From positions 1 to 60,155 of the forward strand of contig CACDLR010000001.1 in NCBI GenBank assembly GCA_902553695.1: a DNA stretch of 60,155 bases, in the 5' to 3' direction. The position numbers were made by a program, and so were the translations under genes. The notes beneath the pieces were generated by a model. The model had not been told where the DNA came from. It did not search any database and saw only the letters and a program-made list of their open reading frames with translations. This DNA comes from an uncultured Pelagibacteraceae bacterium. GTDB lineage: Bacteria > Pseudomonadota > Alphaproteobacteria > Pelagibacterales > Pelagibacteraceae. Shown in pieces: positions 50,980 through 60,155 of the stretch; position 1 is the stretch's first letter; each line of letters opens with the position of its first letter.

Positions 50980-51712
50980 TATTTCTTATATATATATCAC
51001 CAAAAGTTTTTTCTTGTTTCAATTTTACATTGCCTTCTTTTACTAATTCAAGTGATCCTGCAAATATTCCAGCATTTCCAGTTTTTTTCATTTTAATATT
51101 ATTTTTAAATTCTGATGGAATTAAGTCATTTAAATTTTTCCACTCTGATAATTGGTTTTGAAGTTCTTTGATTCTTTTAATGCCTTCTTCCATTGTAAAG
51201 ACTGGTAATTTGGGAATATTTATTTTTTGGAAATCCTTTGTTGAAATAATTGTTGCATATGTTTTTAATACATCAAAAAGTTTTAAAGAATATTGAGATA
51301 AATTTTTAGAATGAATTTTTGTATTCATTCCTCGTAAAAAAACATCTCGACCTAATCTTTTTCTTTTGAGCATTTGATCTGATAAAAGTCTTATAAGTTC
51401 TAATTTTTTTAACTGAAGCTTAAGTCTTTCAGCAATTTCTAGAGCTTTAAACTCTTCTTCATCATCTAAAGGTAAGAGTAGTTTAGATTTTAAATATGTA
51501 AGCCAAGTAGCCATTAAAAGATATTCAGATGCAATTTCTAAATTTAAATTTTCTGTTTTTGTAATATAAATATTAAATTGGTCAGCAAGTTTAGTAATTG
51601 ATATTTCTTCAAGATTTACTTTTTGAGATTTTGCTAGATCTAAAAGTACATCTAAAGAACCTGAGAAATTATTTAGATCCAGTTGAAATTCTTGAGAATC
51701 AAAATTTGACAT
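50972..51712 (-). CDS. scpA: Segregation and condensation protein ScpA
   Basis: FSGSLDVLL, YLLMATWL.YLKSKLLLP, LELVKEG. Confidence 0.93.
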   Translation of the reverse strand: MSNFDSQEFQLDLNNFSGSLDVLLDLAKSQKVNLEEISITKLADQFNIYITKTENLNLEIASEYLLMATWLTYLKSKLLLPLDDEEEFKALEIAERLKLQLKKLELIRLLSDQMLKRKRLGRDVFLRGMNTKIHSKNLSQYSLKLFDVLKTYATIISTKDFQKINIPKLPVFTMEEGIKRIKELQNQLSEWKNLNDLIPSEFKNNIKMKKTGNAGIFAGSLELVKEGNVKLKQEKTFGDIYIRNNE

Positions 51713-51720
51713 ATTTAAAT

Positions 51721-52674
51721 CTAGCTTAAAAGTTTGTAAAATTCAGATGTTTTTTTAATTACAAAATGATTAACTCTTGGTGCTATTTTAGCTAAATTGT
51801 GCATTTCTCTCATATTAGCATTACAATGCAAGACTAAGTTGCATCCTGATAAATAAGCTTTTCTCACATTCTCATTAAATGAATATTTTAAAGCTTTCAT
51901 GGAAATATCATCTGTTATGATCAAGTTTTTAAAACCTATTTTATTTCTGATATATTTTATGCCTTTGATCGAATGTGTAATACATTCTTTTCTATCTAAT
52001 GCTGTAAAAACAATGTGTGCTGTCATAGCAAAAATAGATTTTTTATTTTTAAAAATTGAAAAGTCATTTTTTTCTAAATACCCTAATGTATTATTAATAT
52101 AAGGGAGTTTTAAATGTGTATCTTTTTTTGACAAACCATGACCAGGGATATGTTTAATTACGGTTCCGATTTGATTTTGGTGAAATAAATCAATTGTAGT
52201 TTTACCAACTTTTTCAATAGTTTTTTTATTATATGAATATGATCTATCACCAATAACTTTGTTAGAAAAACTTCTTCTTAAATCTAATACAGGTACGGTA
52301 TTTATATTAATTCCAATTAAATTTAAAACATATGAAATTTGATTGATATAAACTTTATAATAAAGATTAAATTTTTTATTATTTTTTTCAATAAGGTCTC
52401 CAAAGTATTTTCCTGTAAATATAGAATTATCTATAATACTTTTTAATCTACTTACTCTACCACCTTCTTCATCAATCAATACAGGGTAATTGGAGTCTTT
52501 AAATATTTTTTTTATAGATTTAACAAGTTTATTTGTTTGGTTTATATTTTTAATATTTCGTTGAAAAAGAATAATTCCCCAGGGTTTATGTTTTTTAATA
52601 AAATTATATTCATTCTTAGATAACTTTTTACCCCTGATGCCACATATAAATGATTTTCTTAATTTAATCGTCAC
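51721..52674 (-). CDS. nagZ: Beta-N-acetylhexosaminidase (GH3)
   Basis: DEEGGRVSR, KHIPGHG..DTH, TDDISM. Confidence 0.92.
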   Translation of the reverse strand: MTIKLRKSFICGIRGKKLSKNEYNFIKKHKPWGIILFQRNIKNINQTNKLVKSIKKIFKDSNYPVLIDEEGGRVSRLKSIIDNSIFTGKYFGDLIEKNNKKFNLYYKVYINQISYVLNLIGININTVPVLDLRRSFSNKVIGDRSYSYNKKTIEKVGKTTIDLFHQNQIGTVIKHIPGHGLSKKDTHLKLPYINNTLGYLEKNDFSIFKNKKSIFAMTAHIVFTALDRKECITHSIKGIKYIRNKIGFKNLIITDDISMKALKYSFNENVRKAYLSGCNLVLHCNANMREMHNLAKIAPRVNHFVIKKTSEFYKLLS

Positions 52675-52927
52675 TTTTTAGCAAATCCCAAAAAGAGTAT
52701 TTTTTTTTATTTGAACTATCCTCATTATTTAAATATTTAACAATATTATCTGTATCATTAAACATTTTTGGTAGTTTTGTCTCGTAATTGTTTAAATTAT
52801 CATCAATTAAAGTAAGGTTTCTAAAAGTTTTTTTTTTGTTATTGTCAGAAATATAGAATTTTACTGAAAAAAAAATAAATAAAATAATTACAGTAAAAAA
52901 AATAAAATATTTAACTTCTTTTAACAT
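52664..52927 (-). CDS. Small bitopic membrane protein in the ftsN/SPOR gene position
   Basis: N-terminal TM; overlaps both argS and nagZ. Confidence 0.7.
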   Translation of the reverse strand: MLKEVKYFIFFTVIILFIFFSVKFYISDNNKKKTFRNLTLIDDNLNNYETKLPKMFNDTDNIVKYLNNEDSSNKKKYSFWDLLKSDD

Positions 52928-54660
52928 TACATTCTTTCTGGTGTTGATGCTCCAATAATTTTCATACCCGATTTGATTACATTTGAGATTGCCTTTAAAA
53001 ATATTAACTTGTCATCAGAAATTTTTTCATTATCATCAATGAATCTTTTATTTGGACTTTGTTTTCCCAAATTCCAGTAGGAATGAAATAAAGAAGCTAA
53101 CTCATATAAATAGGTTGGTATTCTGTTTGGTTCTAGTTTTCTGGTAGACATCTCAATACATTTAGGCCATTCAGATATTTTTTTTAGAATTTTTATTTCG
53201 TCATCTGAATATTCAAAATCACTTTTTTTTATTTTTAACTCACTTTCTATATTTTTATTAATATTTCTAAATACCGAGCAAATTCTAGCGTAGCTGTATT
53301 GAACATAATATAATGGGTTGTCCTTAGATTTTTCTATTACATGATCAAAATCAAAATCAAGCTCAACATCATTGCTTCTATTTAACATAATGAATCTTGT
53401 TGCATCCTTACCAACTTCATTAACAAGATCCTCTAGAGTTATATAGTCACCTCTTCTCTTAGACATTTTAAATGGTTTTTTATCTTTAATTAATTTAACT
53501 AGTTGGCTTACTTTGCAAATTAATTTAACTTTAGAATTTGATAAAGCATCTACAGATGAAGAAATTCTCTTAATATATCCTGTATGATCAGATCCTAATA
53601 TATTAATTAAATTATCAAATTTTCTATCTAATTTATTTTTATGATAAGCAACGTCGCTCGCAAAATAGGTCCACGAACCATCAGATTTTTGAAGAACTCT
53701 ATCTTTGTCATCACCAAATTCTGTTGACTTGAAAAGCAATTGTTCACGTTCAACCCAATTATTGGTATTTTCACTCTCTGGAGCTTTAATTTTTCCTTTA
53801 TAAACAAATTTATTTTTTTGAAGTAATTCAACAACTTTTTCTACTTCATTATTTTTTACTATTTGTCTCTCACTAACGAAATTATCGTGCTCAATGCCAA
53901 CACTATTTAAATTGTTTTTTATTATATTCAATGATTCCTCGACAGATAAAACACTCAAATCATTTGAAATTTTTTCAAAATTTTTAAAATCTAAAATTTT
54001 ATTAGATTTTATAATATTTTTTGCAATGTTAATTATATAATCACCGGGATACAAATCATAATTACTGTCAGGAAAAGTCTCTTTGTATAAGATTTCTCGT
54101 ATTCTATAATAAACTGATTTAGTGAAATTGGCTATTTGGTTACCATAGTCATTTACATAATATTCTTTTTTAACCTTGTGCTTATTAAATAATAAAAGAT
54201 TAGAAATGACATCTCCAAGAATTGCACCTCTACAATGGCCAACGTGAAGTGGTCCAGTTGGATTTGCAGATACAAATTCGACTAAATAACTTTTCTTCTC
54301 TTCAAATTCATTAACACCATAAGATTTTGAATTCTTTATTACTCTAATAATAAAGTTAGTCCAAAAAATTTTTTTAAATTTAATATTAATAAATCCTGGT
54401 TTAGCTACTGATACATTATCTATAAGTTCATCATTTTTTTTTATATGTTCAGACAAATATTTTGCTAAATCTATTGGAGATTTTTTGTTTAATTTTGATA
54501 AAACCATTGCTACATTTGTGGATATATCGCTATTAAATTTTAATGGAGGTATTTCAGTTGTAATTACATTTATATTGCTAGGTAAAATTAGTTCTTCTTT
54601 TTTAGATAAATCTAAAAGAATTTTTTTTAACTTAGTTGAAAATTCATCAAAAATGTTCAT
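52927..54660 (-). CDS. argS: Arginine-tRNA ligase
   Basis: EFVSANPTGPLHVGH, KMSKR, YVQYSYAR, PERM C-terminus. Confidence 0.97.
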   Translation of the reverse strand: MNIFDEFSTKLKKILLDLSKKEELILPSNINVITTEIPPLKFNSDISTNVAMVLSKLNKKSPIDLAKYLSEHIKKNDELIDNVSVAKPGFINIKFKKIFWTNFIIRVIKNSKSYGVNEFEEKKSYLVEFVSANPTGPLHVGHCRGAILGDVISNLLLFNKHKVKKEYYVNDYGNQIANFTKSVYYRIREILYKETFPDSNYDLYPGDYIINIAKNIIKSNKILDFKNFEKISNDLSVLSVEESLNIIKNNLNSVGIEHDNFVSERQIVKNNEVEKVVELLQKNKFVYKGKIKAPESENTNNWVEREQLLFKSTEFGDDKDRVLQKSDGSWTYFASDVAYHKNKLDRKFDNLINILGSDHTGYIKRISSSVDALSNSKVKLICKVSQLVKLIKDKKPFKMSKRRGDYITLEDLVNEVGKDATRFIMLNRSNDVELDFDFDHVIEKSKDNPLYYVQYSYARICSVFRNINKNIESELKIKKSDFEYSDDEIKILKKISEWPKCIEMSTRKLEPNRIPTYLYELASLFHSYWNLGKQSPNKRFIDDNEKISDDKLIFLKAISNVIKSGMKIIGASTPERM

Positions 54661-55775
54661 TTAATATTGTTATAAAGTTTAATTGCATATCTATCAGTCA
54701 TGCCTGATATAAAATCAGAAACTGCTCTAAATCCATTAGAATTTAGATTTTCTTTTGAAATATATTTTTGTGGATTTTTTTTTATCTTATTAAATAATTT
54801 TTTTATAATAAGCTTTCCTTTATTATTTTTTCTTAGGACATTTTTATTATTATACATTTTCATTCTTAAAAAATTTCGTATTTCATTTTCAGAATCTTTT
54901 GTTTTTTTCGAGAGATTTACTATTAAAGAGTCAGTTTTTTTAATATCATTTAAAGTTTTGACGTTGTATAAATTTATATTCATTTGTGTATTTTTTATTA
55001 AATCTTTAATCATTAAATCAATCGAGTCTCTTATAATTTGATATGTTGCAATTTTATAGTTTTGTTTATTTATTTTATTTTTATATTTTTTGTAAATATC
55101 TCTAAAAAAATTAATTTCAACTAGCTCTTCCAATTTAAACAAATTTGCATTTATACCATCTTGTATATCATGATTATTATAAGCTATATCATCAGATATT
55201 GCAGAAATTTGAGCTTCTAATGACGGATAAGTATTAAAATAAATCATATTTTTAAAATTTTTAACACCAATCAAGTTATCTACTAATTTTAAATTCTTGA
55301 CTGGTCCATTGTGTTTTATAAGCCCTTCTAAAGTCTCTATTGAGAGGTTTAAACCATTAAATTTAATGTATTTATTTTCTAAAAACATTACTATCCTCAA
55401 GGTTTGTAAATTATGATCAAATCCACCGTATCTGTACATTTCTTCGTTTAAAGATTCTTCCCCTGCGTGTCCAAATGGCGTATGACCAAGATCGTGAGCT
55501 AAACTTAGTGTTTCAGCTAAATCTTCATTCAAATTTAAATATCTTGCGATAGACCTTGCTATTTGAGCAACTTCCATTGAATGTGTTATTCTTGTTCTAT
55601 AATGGTCGCCATCAGTATTAACAAAAACTTGTGTTTTGTGTTTTAATCTTCTGAAAGCTGCACTGTGTATTATTCTATCTCTATCTCTTTGAAAAGGGGT
55701 TCTATATTTAGATATAGCTTCTTTAAATATCCTTCCTTTGCTCTGAAATAATCCAATCTTTGAGTATTTTTTCAT
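54657..55775 (-). CDS. dgt: dGTP triphosphohydrolase-like HD protein
   Basis: RDRDRIIHS, KTQV, RTRITHS, HDLGHTPFGH. Confidence 0.94.
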   Translation of the reverse strand: MKKYSKIGLFQSKGRIFKEAISKYRTPFQRDRDRIIHSAAFRRLKHKTQVFVNTDGDHYRTRITHSMEVAQIARSIARYLNLNEDLAETLSLAHDLGHTPFGHAGEESLNEEMYRYGGFDHNLQTLRIVMFLENKYIKFNGLNLSIETLEGLIKHNGPVKNLKLVDNLIGVKNFKNMIYFNTYPSLEAQISAISDDIAYNNHDIQDGINANLFKLEELVEINFFRDIYKKYKNKINKQNYKIATYQIIRDSIDLMIKDLIKNTQMNINLYNVKTLNDIKKTDSLIVNLSKKTKDSENEIRNFLRMKMYNNKNVLRKNNKGKLIIKKLFNKIKKNPQKYISKENLNSNGFRAVSDFISGMTDRYAIKLYNNIK

Positions 55776-55825
55776 ACTTTAAAATAAAATATTAGGTATT
55801 ATATTAGTAATATCAATGATCGATA

Positions 55826-56143
55826 ATGATAAAAGAAATTAAATTTACAGATAAAGCCCTAAAACAAATAGATATACTCTTGTCAAAAAGAGATAAAGGG
55901 TCTTTTTTTAGAATCGCTATTAAAGGTGGTGGTTGTTCAGGATTCCAATATGAATTTACTTTTGATAACTCAAGAACTGATGAAGATTTAAATTATAAAA
56001 ATATACTAATTGATAAAACATCGGCAGATTTATTAAAAGGATCTGAGGTAGATTTTGTTAATGAATTAATTGGCTCTCAATTTAAGATTTCTAATCCTCA
56101 ATCAAAATCATCGTGTGGTTGTGGTGTTTCTTTCTCCTTATAA
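55826..56143 (+). CDS. erpA: A-type Fe-S carrier (ErpA/IscA/HesB family)
   Basis: GGGCSGFQY and CGCGVSF. Confidence 0.9.
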   Translation: MIKEIKFTDKALKQIDILLSKRDKGSFFRIAIKGGGCSGFQYEFTFDNSRTDEDLNYKNILIDKTSADLLKGSEVDFVNELIGSQFKISNPQSKSSCGCGVSFSL

Positions 56144-56919
56144 TGCTAATTGCATCCTGGAATGTTAATTCTGTACGAGCACGTATTGAAAATATAAAGA
56201 GTTATATTTTAAAATATAAACCTGATATTTTAATGATGCAGGAAATTAAAACAGAAGATCTGAATTTTCCATATGAAATTTTTTCATCTCTATATTATGA
56301 AAGTCATGTATATGGTCAAAAGAGTTATAATGGTGTAGCCATAATTTCCAGAAATAAATTACAAAATATAAGACTTGATTTAATTAAAGACAAATTAAAA
56401 CAAGCAAGAATAATTTCTGCTGAAGTTAATTTTAAAAACAACAATATCCAGTTAATAAATATTTATACACCAAATGGAAATCCTGTTGATACAGAAAAAT
56501 ATGAATATAAAAAAAAATGGCTAGACGATTTGATTAAACAATTAAAAACTTTAATTAAAAAAAATCCAAATATAATTCTTTGTGGAGATTTTAATATAAT
56601 TCCTTCCTCTGAAGACGTTTATAATCCAAAGAGTTTCGAGGATGATGCACTATTTAGACTTGAAATAAGAAAAAAACTAAGAGAAATGATTAATCTTGGA
56701 TTAAATGATGTGTATAGACATTTTTATAAAACAAAGGAAGGTTATACCTTTTGGGATTATATGAGAGGTGCATGGCAAAAAAATAATGGAATGAGAATTG
56801 ATCATTTTTTAGTTTCAAACTCACTAATAGATAAAATTAAATCAGTTAATATCAATAAAGATCCGAGGGGCAGACAAAAACCCTCAGATCATACACCGAT
56901 TGAAATTAAATTAGCTTAA
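56143..56919 (+). CDS. xth: Exodeoxyribonuclease III
   Basis: SWNVNS, QEIK, YNGVA, GDFN, RIDH, SDH; start at the TAATG overlap 56143. Confidence 0.96.
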   Translation: MLIASWNVNSVRARIENIKSYILKYKPDILMMQEIKTEDLNFPYEIFSSLYYESHVYGQKSYNGVAIISRNKLQNIRLDLIKDKLKQARIISAEVNFKNNNIQLINIYTPNGNPVDTEKYEYKKKWLDDLIKQLKTLIKKNPNIILCGDFNIIPSSEDVYNPKSFEDDALFRLEIRKKLREMINLGLNDVYRHFYKTKEGYTFWDYMRGAWQKNNGMRIDHFLVSNSLIDKIKSVNINKDPRGRQKPSDHTPIEIKLA

Positions 56920-57909
56920 CGATTTAATTTTATTAACTAATTCTTTGTTAATATTTCTTGGACCTGTATCCAATCTATTTTTATGCCTTCTTTCACCTGG
57001 CAATCTGACATTACCCATTGATTTCATTTTTTTAAAAAATTTATCTGCGTGTTTATCCCAATTACCATTTGAAGTTTTTTCTGGTGAAATTGCTATAATA
57101 AATTCTCCACCACTTGGTGGACCTCCATCATTATTATCTTTAGCCGCAGTTTCATAACTAAAATTATCTCCTACTAAGGCACCTGCCATCAATTCAACCA
57201 TCATTGCTATTGCTGAACCTTTGTAGCCACCAAAAGGTAACAGCACGCCTCCATCAGCAATTTCTCCAGGATCAGTTGTTTCTTTTCCCTCTTTTGTTAA
57301 TCCTGTTCCAATAGGAACTTTATGTCCTTCCCTTTTTGCAACTTGAACTTCACCCATAGCCATAGATGCTGTAGCCATATCATATACAACTGGTGTCTTG
57401 CCAGGTCTTGGCCAAGCAAATGAAATTGGATTAGTACCAAACAATGGTTTAATTGCACCTGCTGGTGCTACAGCCGGTTTATATGATGTACAAGCAAAAG
57501 CAACTAGACCTTCCTCAGCTAGCCTTTCTGTTTCAGGCCACATAGCAGCCATATGATGAGAATTAGTTATTGCAAGTACCGCAATACCATTTTCTTTTGC
57601 AACCTTAATAAGTTCAGGCAAACCTTTATCAAGAACTACAGGCGCCAAACAATTATTTCCAATTATTTTTATTACAGATTGAGAAATTTTTTTAATTTCT
57701 GGTTTACCTTTTCCATTAATTTTTCCACTTTTCAATCCACTAACATAAGCAGGGAGTCTGAACAAACCATGGGATAATGATCCATCTCTTTCTGCATTTC
57801 TTATTAGATCTGCTAATATAGAAGCTGTTTCATCATCACAACCATTAGATATCAAAGTTTCTTTTGCTAATTTATAAATTTCATCTAAAGAAAGACTCAC
57901 AGTTGACAT
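56911..57909 (-). CDS. Ldh_2-family oxidoreductase (ComC/DpkA-like)
   Basis: SHGLFRL, FGTNPI, DMATAS, FGGYKG, RLPGERR. Confidence 0.9.
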   Translation of the reverse strand: MSTVSLSLDEIYKLAKETLISNGCDDETASILADLIRNAERDGSLSHGLFRLPAYVSGLKSGKINGKGKPEIKKISQSVIKIIGNNCLAPVVLDKGLPELIKVAKENGIAVLAITNSHHMAAMWPETERLAEEGLVAFACTSYKPAVAPAGAIKPLFGTNPISFAWPRPGKTPVVYDMATASMAMGEVQVAKREGHKVPIGTGLTKEGKETTDPGEIADGGVLLPFGGYKGSAIAMMVELMAGALVGDNFSYETAAKDNNDGGPPSGGEFIIAISPEKTSNGNWDKHADKFFKKMKSMGNVRLPGERRHKNRLDTGPRNINKELVNKIKSLS

Positions 57910-57913
57910 AAAA

Positions 57914-59119
57914 TTATTTTACCCTTCCATAAATATCTTGAAATCGAATTATATCTGTTTCTTTTAAAATTGGACCTGTTTGTACTTCAATTATTTTAAC
58001 TGGTTTTTTAAAATAATTTTGAATTCTATGTATTGCTCCTCTAGGAATAAATACTGACTCCTCTGGTTTTTTATAAAATTTTTTTTTATTGATTGTTATC
58101 ATTGGTTTTCCGTCTGTTATCATCCAATGTTCAGATCTAAATTTATGTTTCTGAAGACTTATTGAGGATTTAGAATTTACTGTTAATTCTTTTACAAGAA
58201 AGTTTTTACCAACAAATAAATTAACATATTTGCCCCACGGTCTATAATAGACATTAGTTTTTTTATAATATTTACTTTTATTCTTTTTAAAGATTTTAGA
58301 GATTTCTCTCCAACTACCCAAATCTGACCAAGGCATATCAAGTTTAATAGCGTTTATTTTTTTTGTTTTTTCTAAAATTGCATAATCAAAAGATTTCTCT
58401 ATTGATTTAGAAAATGCACTTTTATTTAAATAATATGTATTATTTTTATATATAGATTTTTTAACAGCCATATTACAGCTTTTAAAAGTTTTAGGTTGAT
58501 ACCTTTTAAAGTTATTAATGATCGAGTCTTTCCTTAAAAAAAACATACCTGAATTCCAATAGCCTTTTTGTTTAATTATTCTTTTTGCTAATATAGTATT
58601 AGGTTTTTCAATAAATTTTGTCACTTTATCAATGTTATTTTTTATTTTTTTTGTTAAAAAATATCCATATTCACTTGAGGGATTGATTGGTTTAATACCA
58701 AAAATAAATATATTTTCATCATCTAAATTAGATTTATTTTTATTAAGAGATTTATTTAAGATGTTAGGTCTTTCTATTAAATGGTCAGCCGCTAAATACA
58801 TTAAAGGTTGTTTTAATGGTATTTCTTTAACTAATGCTGATGACAAAATAGCAGGAGCGGTATTTTTTTTCTCTGGCTCTAAAACAATTTTATATTTTTT
58901 AATTTTATTTTTTTTTAAATATTTCCTAACATCATTTAAATATTTTTGATTAGTACTAATTATAGGGTAATCAAAAATTGGATTTTTTATTCTATCTAGT
59001 GTTTTACTTATAAGTGTCCAACCACCAAAATCTATAAATTGTTTTGCTTGATGGTTTTTTTGGTCTGGCCAAAGTCTGGTTCCCGCTCCTCCACAAAGAA
59101 CAATAGGTCTAATTTTCAT
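57914..59119 (-). CDS. manC: Mannose-1-phosphate guanylyltransferase/mannose-6-phosphate isomerase
   Basis: GGAGTRLWP, NTAPA, WNSGMF, WSDLGSW, cupin RPWG..SLQKH..RSEHW. Confidence 0.92.
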   Translation of the reverse strand: MKIRPIVLCGGAGTRLWPDQKNHQAKQFIDFGGWTLISKTLDRIKNPIFDYPIISTNQKYLNDVRKYLKKNKIKKYKIVLEPEKKNTAPAILSSALVKEIPLKQPLMYLAADHLIERPNILNKSLNKNKSNLDDENIFIFGIKPINPSSEYGYFLTKKIKNNIDKVTKFIEKPNTILAKRIIKQKGYWNSGMFFLRKDSIINNFKRYQPKTFKSCNMAVKKSIYKNNTYYLNKSAFSKSIEKSFDYAILEKTKKINAIKLDMPWSDLGSWREISKIFKKNKSKYYKKTNVYYRPWGKYVNLFVGKNFLVKELTVNSKSSISLQKHKFRSEHWMITDGKPMITINKKKFYKKPEESVFIPRGAIHRIQNYFKKPVKIIEVQTGPILKETDIIRFQDIYGRVK

Positions 59120-60155
59120 TAAATATCTGCGTAAACTTTAACTTCTTCTTTTCCACCTGGATGAGTTGGTGCGCCAAGATAAGCTGGTCCAACTGTTTGT
59201 GCATATTTCCAAAGCGTACCGTTTCCAAAATTTATTTTTTTAGGTTTCCATTTCTTCTTTCTTGCTGCTAATTGCTTTTTTGATAAACGAACGTTTATTA
59301 TGCCTTTTTTAGCATCTATATCAATAATATCTCCATTACGTAAAAGCGCGATTGGACCTCCCACTGATGCTTCTGGACCAACATGTCCAATACAAAAACC
59401 CCTAGTGGCCCCTGAAAATCGACCATCTGTTATCAAAGCCACTTTCTCACCTTTTCCTTGGCCATAAATAGCTCCTGTGGTTTGTAACATTTCCCTCATA
59501 CCTGGACCACCTCTTGGACCTTCGTATCTTATAATAATAATATCTCCATCTTTATATTTTTTATTTTTTACTGCTTTATATGCAGTCTCTTCGTTGTCAA
59601 AACATCTGGCTCTTCCAGTGAATTGTAATTTCTTAAGACCAGCTATTTTTACTATACCTCCATCAGGTGCTAAGTTACCTTTTAATCCAACAACTCCTCC
59701 ATCTGGTGATAATGGATTATTATATTTTCTCATTACTTTTTGTTTAGGATTAAATTTAATTTTTTTTAAATTTTCTTTCATTGATTTTCCTGTGACAGTA
59801 ATACAATCCCCATGTATATATCCACCTTCATATAAAGTTTTTAAAAGCATTGGAACACCACCTGCTTTCCACATGTCTTTCGCAACATATTTTCCACCGG
59901 GTTTTAGATCTGCTAAATATGGTGTTCTTTTAAATATTTTTGCCACATCCATAAGGTCAAATTTGATTCCTATTTCATTTGCTATAGCCGGTAAATGCAA
60001 TGCTGCATTTGTAGAACCGCCGGTAGCTGCAACAATTGTTGCTGCATTTTCAAGTGATTTTTTTGTAACAATATCTCTAGGTCTAATGTTTTTTGATAAC
60101 AAATTCATAACTGCTTTTCCGCTATCCAAAGCATATTTATCTCTTTTGGTATATG
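59119..60155 (-). CDS. ilvD: Dihydroxy-acid dehydratase (5' part outside the window)
   Basis: [37 protein letters not shown]. Confidence 0.96.
   Translation of the reverse strand, partial: YTKRDKYALDSGKAVMNLLSKNIRPRDIVTKKSLENAATIVAATGGSTNAALHLPAIANEIGIKFDLMDVAKIFKRTPYLADLKPGGKYVAKDMWKAGGVPMLLKTLYEGGYIHGDCITVTGKSMKENLKKIKFNPKQKVMRKYNNPLSPDGGVVGLKGNLAPDGGIVKIAGLKKLQFTGRARCFDNEETAYKAVKNKKYKDGDIIIIRYEGPRGGPGMREMLQTTGAIYGQGKGEKVALITDGRFSGATRGFCIGHVGPEASVGGPIALLRNGDIIDIDAKKGIINVRLSKKQLAARKKKWKPKKINFGNGTLWKYAQTVGPAYLGAPTHPGGKEEVKVYADI

Overview
AT-rich, very compact alphaproteobacterial chromosome segment. Low GC, tiny or overlapping spacers and gene order suggest SAR11/Pelagibacterales (inference). 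Most of it is core housekeeping: hom, recJ-glpX, nhaA, the metG-holB-tmk-dacA-rlpA cluster, recG, tgt-coaD-gyrA-ssb/uvrA, secFD-yajC-serS-tatCBA-scpBA-nagZ-argS-dgt, erpA-xth, manC, partial ilvD, and four tRNAs (Glu, Pro, Ser, Lys). The most interesting locus is at 3.3-5.4 kb. It holds a lone Cre-like tyrosine recombinase with a 14-7-14 palindromic site just before its ATG, near where gene orientation converges, which makes it a candidate chromosome-dimer-resolution module. The same locus has an unannotated 58-aa membrane protein and an approximately 190-nt, 50%-GC structured RNA with GNRA tetraloops and complementary loops. Two accessory blocks are present: surface-glycan modification genes beside tRNA-Glu, and a secreted DUF4384-like / LPP20-like repeat / caspase-like repeat trio beside tRNA-Ser. 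All product calls come from motif recognition by eye; no database searches were run.
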